The position numbers and the translations under genes were made by a program. A DNA stretch of 64,000 bases. Source: Candidatus Latescibacterota bacterium. GTDB taxonomy: Bacteria > Latescibacterota > UBA2968 > UBA8231. The stretch spans positions 2,624,001 through 2,688,000 of the forward strand of contig OZ220089.1 of NCBI GenBank assembly GCA_964291625.2, in the 5' to 3' direction. This document shows, piece by piece, positions 9,915-17,423 of the stretch. Each line of letters starts with the position of its first letter. Position 1 is the stretch's first letter. Under the pieces are notes generated by a model. The model saw only the letters and a program-made list of their open reading frames with translations, was not told the origin of the DNA and ran no database searches.

Positions 9915-10367
9915 ATGCTCACAGCGTGGATCGTCGCGGGCGCGATCATGATCCTGCTGGAGTTGTTCCTGCCCGGAATGGTGCTCGGCTTTCTCGGGTC
10001 GAGCGCCCTGATCGTGGCCGCCCTCATCTGGCTGGGCTGGATCGACAGCCTGATCTCGGCCCTCACCACCTGGTTCATCCTCTCCCTCGTCCTGCTCCTG
10101 AGTCTGCGCGGCCTGTTCCTCCGCTTCGTCGGGGGCAGGTCCGAGCGCCAGTCCACCGACGAGGAGGAGGATGCCTACGGCACGGTCGTGGACGTGGTGG
10201 AGAGGATCTCACCGGACCGGGCGGGACGGATCCACTACCGGGACGCCACCTGGCAGGCGATCTGCCATGATCGCACCATCGAGGCCGGAGAGAAGGCGAT
10301 CCTCGCCTATCGCGAGAACCTCGCGTGGGTCGTCGAGCCCGCCGGGCTGGAGGAAAGCGATCCTTGA
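9915..10367 (+). CDS. NfeD family protein (short, OB-fold)
   Basis: ILLELFLPG TM hairpin, C-terminal GRIHYRDATWQA; directly upstream of SPFH genes. Confidence 0.85.
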   Translation: MLTAWIVAGAIMILLELFLPGMVLGFLGSSALIVAALIWLGWIDSLISALTTWFILSLVLLLSLRGLFLRFVGGRSERQSTDEEEDAYGTVVDVVERISPDRAGRIHYRDATWQAICHDRTIEAGEKAILAYRENLAWVVEPAGLEESDP

Positions 10368-10384
10368 AACGGGAGAGTTGAGCC

Positions 10385-11317
10385 ATGCCGCTTCTGACCT
10401 ACTTCACGATCCTGGTGCTGATCGCCCTGTTCGTGGTGCTCAAGACGTTCGTCGTCGTGCCCATGCGCGAGGCGGTCATCGTCGAGCGCCTGGGCAAGTT
10501 CCGGGCGGTCCTGCCGCCGGGGTTCCACTTCCTCATCCCCTTCTGCGACCGCATCGCCTACCGCCACGAGACCCGCGAGCAGGTGATCGACGTCCCCAGC
10601 CAGGCCTGCATCACCCGCGACAACATCCAGGTCGAGGTCGACGGTCTGGTCTACCTGCAGGTGCTCGACCCCGAGCGGGCCAGCTACGGCATCGAGGACT
10701 ACCGCCGCGCCAGCGTCAACCTGGCGCAGACGACGATGCGGGCCGAGATCGGCAAGCTGACCCTGGGCCAGTGCTTCTACGAGCGAGAGTCCCTGAACGA
10801 GACGATCGTGCAGGAGATCGACAAGGCGTCGAACCCCTGGGGCATCAAGGTGCTGCGCTACGAGCTGCGGAACATCACGCCCTCGGCCAACGTGGTGAAC
10901 ACCCTGGAGAAGCAGATGGAGGCGGAGCGCGAGAAGCGCGCCGAGATCACCCGCGCCGCCGCCGAGAAGGAGTCCACCATCAACCTCTCCGAGGGCGAGC
11001 GCCAGGAGGAGATCAACATCTCGGAGGGCGAGAAGCAGCGCCGGATCAACGTCGCCAAGGGCCGGGCGGAGGCGATCTCCATCATCGCCGAGGCCACCGC
11101 CGAGGGCACCGAGCGGATCGCCGCCGCGGTCCAGAAGGAAGGGGGGTCGGCGGCGCTGAAGATGCAGCTGGTGGAGGAGTACATCGAGATGATCAGCGAG
11201 ATCGCGGGAAAGTCCAACGTCTCCGTCGTGCCCCTGGAGCTGGCCCGGATCAAGGGCTTCTTCGAGGGGCTGGGCGAGGTCTCCGGTGGCACGCCGACCC
11301 AGAAGAAGGGAGCCTGA
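10385..11317 (+). CDS. SPFH/band 7 (stomatin-like, paraslipin) protein
   Basis: VERLGKF, PGFHFLIPF, ITRDN..VDG, LAQTTMR, WGIKVLRYE, coiled-coil AERxKRA. Confidence 0.92.
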   Translation: MPLLTYFTILVLIALFVVLKTFVVVPMREAVIVERLGKFRAVLPPGFHFLIPFCDRIAYRHETREQVIDVPSQACITRDNIQVEVDGLVYLQVLDPERASYGIEDYRRASVNLAQTTMRAEIGKLTLGQCFYERESLNETIVQEIDKASNPWGIKVLRYELRNITPSANVVNTLEKQMEAEREKRAEITRAAAEKESTINLSEGERQEEINISEGEKQRRINVAKGRAEAISIIAEATAEGTERIAAAVQKEGGSAALKMQLVEEYIEMISEIAGKSNVSVVPLELARIKGFFEGLGEVSGGTPTQKKGA

Positions 11318-11318
11318 C

Positions 11319-12248
11319 ATGTCGACCGTCTTCGAGATCTTCAACTTCACCGTCTGGGGCGTTCTGCTCCTGGTCCTGATCGTCATGTTCCTGCGCTCGA
11401 TCCGGCTGGTGCCGACCCAGTCGGCGTACGTCGTCGAGCGGCTCGGCCAGTACTCCAGGACGCTGAATCCCGGTTTTCACGCCCTGGTGCCCTTCATCGA
11501 AAGGGTGGCCTTCATCCGCGACCTCAAGGAGGAGACCGTGGACGTGCCGCCCCAGGAGTGCTTCACCCGGGACGAGGTCCAGGTCGAGGTGGACGGCGTC
11601 CTCTACATCTCGGTCACCGACCCGGTGAAGGCCAGCTACGGGGTGACCAACTACTCCTTCGCCGCCATGCAACTGGCGCAGACGACGACCCGCTCCGTCA
11701 TCGGCACCCTCGAGCTCGACCGCACCTTCGAGGAGCGCGACCTGATCTCGGCCAAGGTCGTGGAGGTGCTGGAGAGGTCGGGGGAGACCTGGGGGATCCG
11801 CGTCCACCGCTACGAGATCAAGAACCTGTCGCCGCCGCCGACGGTGAAGGACGCCATGGAGAAGCAGGTCACCGCCGAGCGCGACCGCCGCGCCATCGTG
11901 GCCCAGTCGGAGGGCGACAAGCAGAGCCGCATCAACACCTCGGAGGGCCGGCGCCTGGAGCTGATCAACCGCTCGGAGGGCGAGATGCAGCGCACCATCA
12001 ACGAGGCCCAGGGCCAGGCCGAGGAGGTCCGGGCCATCGCCCACGCGACGGCCGAGTCGATCGAGAAGATCGCGGCCTCGATCAGCGTCGCCGGCGGCGC
12101 CCAGTCGGTGCACCTGCAGCTGGCGGAGCGCTACCTGAAGAGGCTGCGTGCTCTGGCCGACGGCAAGACGGACGTGCTCCTGCCCGTGGACCTGGCCAAC
12201 CCTCAGCAGCTGCTGGACGCCATCGAGTTGCGCGGGCCTGACGGATAG
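11319..12248 (+). CDS. SPFH/band 7 (stomatin-like) protein, second paralog
   Basis: VERLGQY, PGFHALVPF, LAQTTTRSVIG, WGIRVHRYEI; ATG 1 bp after the previous stop. Confidence 0.92.
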   Translation: MSTVFEIFNFTVWGVLLLVLIVMFLRSIRLVPTQSAYVVERLGQYSRTLNPGFHALVPFIERVAFIRDLKEETVDVPPQECFTRDEVQVEVDGVLYISVTDPVKASYGVTNYSFAAMQLAQTTTRSVIGTLELDRTFEERDLISAKVVEVLERSGETWGIRVHRYEIKNLSPPPTVKDAMEKQVTAERDRRAIVAQSEGDKQSRINTSEGRRLELINRSEGEMQRTINEAQGQAEEVRAIAHATAESIEKIAASISVAGGAQSVHLQLAERYLKRLRALADGKTDVLLPVDLANPQQLLDAIELRGPDG

Positions 12249-12340
12249 CGCTGTCGGCCGCGGGGCCACGACTCGACACCACTCCCGCGGGCAGGGCGCC
12301 CCCGGCGGTCGGCGGGTGGGGAGCCGCCAGGGGCTGACGG

Positions 12341-15300
12341 TCACTGGTCGGAGAGTCCGACCAGCAGCCGCGAGTACTCGTCCTCCAGCGGATCGACCTC
12401 GCCCCGGAGGGCCGCCCGCGCGAAGACGATGCCCGGCCGCTCGACACGGCGGGCCCGGGCCAGCACGCCGAAACCCTCCGTCCCGGAGCCCCGCTGGCCC
12501 TCGCCGAGGGACTCGAACTCCGACAGGACGCGGAACAGGCCGCGCCGGGCGCCGACCACCCTGGCCAGCACCTCGGGCGCGGTGAGCCCCTCCCGCCAGG
12601 AGCGGCGGACCCCGAGGAGCCGGCCCTCGATGTCACGCACGAGTCCGCCCGGCCCCACCAGGGTCGTGAGCTGATGGACCGTGGCCCGGGCGCCGCTGTG
12701 ACACAGCAGGGCGGCGGCGCCAAGGTCGTCGTCGTCGTAGTCGCGGAAGCCGGCGATAGTCGCCAGGGCCTCCTCGGCGCAGGCCTGCCACTGCGGCGCG
12801 TCGTCCCCTTCCGGAAGGGCGGGCAGGTCGAGGGTGTGGCCGATGAAGGGGCCGATGGAGGCGCCTTCCCCGCGGGCGGCTTCGAACCCCAGCCGCATCA
12901 GTTCCGCGGCCACGCCCAGGGCCGCCCGCTCCCCCTCGGCGGCCAGCACCTCCCGCAGCAGCCTCGAGGCCGCCGCCCGCGTGAGGAGTCCGCCCTCGAG
13001 TTCCGGTTCCCGCCCCGCGGCCTCCGCGATCCTCTTCCGGCCCGCCGCCGAGCGGCCGAGGCAGGCGAGCCCGAAGAGGGCGTCCATGCCCGGCAGCAGG
13101 TCCTCCAGGAGATCGGGATCCCGGGCCAGGTGGGCGGCGATGGACAGCCGCTCGCGGGTCTCGCCCTGGGCCATCTCCGTGAGGGGGAGGAAGACGGCCG
13201 CCTGGTCGCCGTCGAAGTCGACGTCCAGCAGGCCGCAGGCCAGGGGGCAGAGGCGGATGGCATGGCCCGGGACCGGCAGGGGCCGGAAGGCCAGCATCGC
13301 CGTGGGGCTGACGGATGGAGCGTGATTGAGGATGATCCAGTGGGCCTCCATGGTGGCGGCGAGGGCGGCCCCGGCCTCGGAGAAGCGCCTGCTGACCGCT
13401 TCGGGATCCCCCAACTCGCGCGCCGCCAGCGGCCCGAAGAGGCTCCAGGCCATCTCCTCCGGCAGACCGATCCGGTCGGCCGCCAGGTCGCTTCCGGGGA
13501 CGATTACGGCGCGGCCGCTGAAGAGCACATTCTCATCCCGCCCCGGCTCCGGGGCCGGCGCCAGTCCGTCGTACAGGGCCGACACGGCGGCGGCCAGGTC
13601 GTCCCGGGCCGCGGCTGCCAGGGGCTCGGGAGCCTTATCCTTCAGCAGCCGCGCGAGCCGGGCGTTGGCGGCGGCGACCCCGGGATACCCGGCGGCCTCC
13701 TCCGCGTTGCAGACCTCGGACAGGGTCTCCCCCGGCAGCCACGGGTGGGGGACGCCGGCGGCCAGGGACAGCGTCGGCCCCGGGTGTGGTTCCAGCCGGA
13801 AGGCGACGCCCCCGGCGCCGGCTTCGGCGCGGATTCCGGCCTGCGCCAGCCCAGCCGCCAGGGCGGCGAAGGCGGGTGAGGGGGTGGTCGCCGGCTCGAC
13901 CGGTCCGGCGGCGGCCCTGCCGGCCAGGGAACCCGCGTCGCCGCGCCGGGTGGAGCAGGTGTTGGTCAGCTCCCGGATCACCGCGGGTGCGCCGGCCTCG
14001 GCCAAGGCCCGCACCTCCATCACCCCCAGGCGCTGGCCCCTGTCGTCCGGGTGGACGGCGGCCCTCAGCTTCGGGCGCGCGCGGTGCAGCGTGCAGCCCC
14101 AGTAGACCCATCCGGCCGTGGCCGGCCGCCGCAGGGGCGTGCCGCCGAGGGTCAGCCTGGTCATGCCGTCGGCGCGCAGGCCGCTGCCCCGAAGCAGGTC
14201 CCGCAGCTGCTCGTCCGAGGGCGCCTCGAAGGGCGGCACCACGGCGGGCTCCCCCCGCAGGAGGGCCGCGTGGCCGAGGGCGGCCTCCCGGACCAGCCCC
14301 ATGACCCAGCGGGACGGGATGCCCGAGAAGCTGAAGACCAGCTCCACGGGGGTGCCGTCCGGCAGCCGCGGCATCTCCTCGTCGGGCGCCACCCGCGACA
14401 CGACGCCCTTGACCCCGTGCCGGTTGCTGAGCTTGTCGCCGGCTTCGAGGGGGTCCGGGCAGGCGAGCTTGCGGGCGCCGGACCGGCTGACCAGCAAGGC
14501 GTCGTCGAAAGCGTCGCCGTCCCAGGAGACCAGGGCCGTGAGGAGGTTCCGGCCGCACCAGAAGTCCGGCGCCGTCGGCTCGAGGCCGGTCCGCACCAGG
14601 GCCGGCTCCCTCTCGGCGGGCGCCAGCCACTGGCGCATCATGTTGGCGCCCATGAGCACGCGGTTGCCGTCGTCGTTCTCGAGGAAGGGGACGCAGGCGC
14701 CGGAGATGCCCAGTCCCTCCGCGGGCTGCGCGTCGACGATCACCAGCCGGCGGCCTCGGATCTCCGCTCCCCGGGAAATCGTCAGGACGCGGCCGATGTT
14801 CGGTCCTTCCGGGGTCTCGAAGGGGCAGGTGCGGCCGAAGTGGGCCGGGGTGAACACCTCCTGGCGGCCGGGGACCAGGAGCCGGCGCAGGTGCGCGGCC
14901 CGGGACAGCCAGTTGGTGTCGTCGAGCCGCTCGCCGCAGGAGGCCAGGAAGGCCTGGAACCAGTCCCCCAGAGGCGCCAGGGTCCGCAGGAGGGACCCGT
15001 CGAGGGGGGTGTGCTCGGGGACCTGGCCCAGGCGGGCCTCGATGAAGGTGGAGAGCCGGTCGCCGAGACAGCCGATGCGCGCCTCGGCCAGGTCGTCGCG
15101 GTCGGCCACGGGAGGCACGACCAGCTCGACGCCGCCCGAGGGGTCGCGCTCCCCCCCGGGGATCGTCCTCGGAGGCGGCAGGCTGGGACTGGCCTCCGCC
15201 ACCCGGAAGACGCCCTCTTCGTCCGGCGCGGGCAGCCCGTCGTATTCGACCTCGAAGTCCCCCTCGACCGAGGGTCCGCCGAGGACGATCCGGCAGGCGT

Positions 15301-15427
15301 GCTCGCCGGCCCCTTCGGCGCGGTAGCTGCTCACCCCCAGCCGTGCGGCCAGCAGCTCGGGAAGGCGGCGGTGCAGGAAGTCGTCGAAGGAGGCCTTGTG
15401 CCACGGGTTGGCCGGCGTCGTTCTCAT
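12341..15427 (-). CDS. Miniature fused DNA-directed RNA polymerase beta-beta'-like protein (1028 aa)
   Basis: Colinear RpoB motifs (CPFETPEGPNIG; VPFLENDDGNRVLMGANMMRQ; GDKLSNRHGVKGVVS; GIPSR; GQRLGVMEV) followed by RpoC motifs (FSGRAVI..GLPEEMA; LNHAP; DVDFDGDQ; SGAR; REGL..GARRGL; RGEVDPL..LLVG). Confidence 0.93.
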   Translation of the reverse strand: MRTTPANPWHKASFDDFLHRRLPELLAARLGVSSYRAEGAGEHACRIVLGGPSVEGDFEVEYDGLPAPDEEGVFRVAEASPSLPPPRTIPGGERDPSGGVELVVPPVADRDDLAEARIGCLGDRLSTFIEARLGQVPEHTPLDGSLLRTLAPLGDWFQAFLASCGERLDDTNWLSRAAHLRRLLVPGRQEVFTPAHFGRTCPFETPEGPNIGRVLTISRGAEIRGRRLVIVDAQPAEGLGISGACVPFLENDDGNRVLMGANMMRQWLAPAEREPALVRTGLEPTAPDFWCGRNLLTALVSWDGDAFDDALLVSRSGARKLACPDPLEAGDKLSNRHGVKGVVSRVAPDEEMPRLPDGTPVELVFSFSGIPSRWVMGLVREAALGHAALLRGEPAVVPPFEAPSDEQLRDLLRGSGLRADGMTRLTLGGTPLRRPATAGWVYWGCTLHRARPKLRAAVHPDDRGQRLGVMEVRALAEAGAPAVIRELTNTCSTRRGDAGSLAGRAAAGPVEPATTPSPAFAALAAGLAQAGIRAEAGAGGVAFRLEPHPGPTLSLAAGVPHPWLPGETLSEVCNAEEAAGYPGVAAANARLARLLKDKAPEPLAAAARDDLAAAVSALYDGLAPAPEPGRDENVLFSGRAVIVPGSDLAADRIGLPEEMAWSLFGPLAARELGDPEAVSRRFSEAGAALAATMEAHWIILNHAPSVSPTAMLAFRPLPVPGHAIRLCPLACGLLDVDFDGDQAAVFLPLTEMAQGETRERLSIAAHLARDPDLLEDLLPGMDALFGLACLGRSAAGRKRIAEAAGREPELEGGLLTRAAASRLLREVLAAEGERAALGVAAELMRLGFEAARGEGASIGPFIGHTLDLPALPEGDDAPQWQACAEEALATIAGFRDYDDDDLGAAALLCHSGARATVHQLTTLVGPGGLVRDIEGRLLGVRRSWREGLTAPEVLARVVGARRGLFRVLSEFESLGEGQRGSGTEGFGVLARARRVERPGIVFARAALRGEVDPLEDEYSRLLVGLSDQ

Positions 15428-15428
15428 G

Positions 15429-16034
15429 TCAGTCTTCCTCCCAGTCGATCCCCAGCTCGCGCCAGGATCGAGCGATCTGTTTGCGGGCGTGGTGGATCCG
15501 GGACTTCACCGTGCCCTCGGGTATGCCCAGCTCCAAAGCGGCCTGGCGAGTGTTCATGTTGCCGTCGTAGATCAGCCGGATGACCTTGCGCCGGTCCTCC
15601 GGCAGGCGCGTCACCAGGCCGCGCAGCAGCCGCCGGCGCTCCGCCAGGGCCAGGACCTCGTCGGGCGGAAGGGTGGAGGCGTCGATCATCCATTCCGGCA
15701 CCCGCTCCTCCCTCCCCTCCTCTCCCTCCATGGCGGGGGGAGGCTGCAGCGGCTGCTCGTGACGGCGCCGGACCGAGCGGATGTGGTTGAGGGCCAGGTT
15801 CGTGGCGATGCGCAGCAGCCAGGCGAGCAGGGGGCCCTCGCCCTTCCACTGTCCGGCGCGGTGCCACAGACGGAGGAAGACCTCCTGACCGACGTCGGCG
15901 GCGTCCTCGTCATGGCGATGGATGCGCCGCAGGTGACGCTGCACATCGGCGCGGTAGCGCTCGAAGAGCTTGGCGAAGTCCTCCTGCCGCCCCTCGATCA
16001 CCCCGCGGACCAGCTCCTCGTCGCTCTTCCCCAT
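15429..16034 (-). CDS. ECF-subfamily sigma-70 factor
   Basis: SDEELV, region 2 DAADVGQEVFLRLW..WLLRIATN, region 4 LPEDRRKV..LGIPEGTVKSRIHHAR; RBS GGAGG. Confidence 0.93.
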   Translation of the reverse strand: MGKSDEELVRGVIEGRQEDFAKLFERYRADVQRHLRRIHRHDEDAADVGQEVFLRLWHRAGQWKGEGPLLAWLLRIATNLALNHIRSVRRRHEQPLQPPPAMEGEEGREERVPEWMIDASTLPPDEVLALAERRRLLRGLVTRLPEDRRKVIRLIYDGNMNTRQAALELGIPEGTVKSRIHHARKQIARSWRELGIDWEED

Positions 16035-16049
16035 CCGGCCTCCACCCGG

Positions 16050-16077
16050 TTGACACCGCCGGCGCCTGCCGGGTTCA
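16050..16077 (-). promoter_or_regulatory. Putative ECF-sigma (autoregulatory) promoter
   Basis: Minus strand TGAACC-16 nt-TGTCAA, ending 15 nt upstream of the sigma ATG; fits the AAC/GTC ECF consensus. Confidence 0.55.
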
Positions 16078-17421
16078 CCGGGCCGGGGGAGCCGGTTCCG
16101 CGATGCAGTAGAGGTGGTGTCGTCCCCGCAGATAGAGCTCGCCGCCGGCCAGGGCCGCCGAGGCGCTGAAGCTGTCGTCGAGGTGGTTGACGGCCAGGAC
16201 GGCGGGGGCGTCCGCGTGGCTGACGACCACGGTGGCGCCGTTGCGGCCGGTGACGTAGACGCGGCCGGCGGCGGCGACGGGAGAGGCGAAGACCCGGTCG
16301 AGGCCCTTCAACCGCATCGGCCCCGGCCGGTCCCCCCCGGTCCGGGCGTCGACGCGGGTGAGGATGTTCTGGAAGTGGCGGACGAAGTAGAGGGCGTCGC
16401 CGTAGAGCAGGAGGGAGGGGACGTACGGCGCCCCCCGGGTGCGGCTCCAGGCGGCCCGGCGGCTGCGGCTGTCCTCGCCCTCGGAGGGTTGGAGGGGAAT
16501 CGCCAGCACCGCCTGCCGGTCGTAGCTGCTCCCCGCGAAGACGAGGCCGAAGCCGGCCACCGGCGTGGCGACCACGTTCTCCACCGAGAGCCCCGGACAC
16601 TCCCAGATCCTGCGGCCGTCGGCGAGGTCGTAGCCGCGCACTCCCCCGGAGCCGCTGACCACGACCTGGGGCCGGCCGCCGGCCTCGGTGACGATGGGGG
16701 TGGTCCAGGACGAGGCCGGTGCGCGGGGGCTCTTCCAGCGGAGGGCGCCCGTCCCCTTGTCGAAGGCGGCGAGGAAGGACTCCCCCTCGTGGTCCCAATT
16801 GACGATCAGAGCCCCGCCGGCGACCGCCGGCGAGCTGCCTTCGCCGTGGCCGTGGAGCGGCTCCAGGGGGCCGAGGTCCAACTCCCACAGCAGCTCCCCA
16901 TCGAGATCGAGGCCGTAGATCCCGTGGGAGCCGAAGGAGGCGACCAGGTGCTCGCCGTCGGTCACCGCCGAGGCGGAGGCCAGGCTCGCCGTGTAGTGGC
17001 CGCCGGCGCGGGGCAGGGCCTCGCGCACCACCCGCTGCCAGAGGACCTGTCCCGTGCGGCGGTCCAGGGCGAGGACGACGAACCGGTGGCGGTGAGTGAC
17101 CGGCCGTTCGTCGTGGCTGCCCGGCAGGCCGCTGAGCTTCGGACGCAGAGGTTCGCCGTAGGGGACGGCGGCGGTGATGAAGATCCGGTCGCCCCAGACC
17201 ACCGGCGTCGAGTGGCCGCCGCCGGGAAGCGCCGCCTTCCAGCGCAGGTTGCGGGTCTCGCTCCACTCGAGCGGTGGATCGGCGTGGGGTGCGGCGCCGG
17301 TGCCCAGGGGGCCGCGCCAGGCGGGCCAGAAGCGGTCCCCATCGGTCTCCGGCTCGCCGGAGGCCGCGGTCAGCAGGCAGCAGACCACCGCGAGGGCCGC
17401 GGATGGGCCCATGCGGACCAT
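16075..17421 (-). CDS. PQQ-binding-like beta-propeller repeat protein (BamB-like), secreted
   Basis: Signal peptide, WPAWRGP..G, WSETRNLRWK..LPG.GHSTPVVWGDRIF, repeated SSP / W..G motifs. Confidence 0.88.
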   Translation of the reverse strand: MVRMGPSAALAVVCCLLTAASGEPETDGDRFWPAWRGPLGTGAAPHADPPLEWSETRNLRWKAALPGGGHSTPVVWGDRIFITAAVPYGEPLRPKLSGLPGSHDERPVTHRHRFVVLALDRRTGQVLWQRVVREALPRAGGHYTASLASASAVTDGEHLVASFGSHGIYGLDLDGELLWELDLGPLEPLHGHGEGSSPAVAGGALIVNWDHEGESFLAAFDKGTGALRWKSPRAPASSWTTPIVTEAGGRPQVVVSGSGGVRGYDLADGRRIWECPGLSVENVVATPVAGFGLVFAGSSYDRQAVLAIPLQPSEGEDSRSRRAAWSRTRGAPYVPSLLLYGDALYFVRHFQNILTRVDARTGGDRPGPMRLKGLDRVFASPVAAAGRVYVTGRNGATVVVSHADAPAVLAVNHLDDSFSASAALAGGELYLRGRHHLYCIAEPAPPAR

Positions 17422-17423
17422 TC

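Noticed and set aside
12341-15427. Reading the RNAP-like ORF as the housekeeping rpoB/rpoC or as a decaying pseudogene
   Set aside because: It is far too short and diverged for the essential enzyme and has no ribosomal-protein gene context. It also has no stops or frameshifts over 3 kb, the catalytic residues are kept and the deletions remove whole modules, which is unlike random decay.
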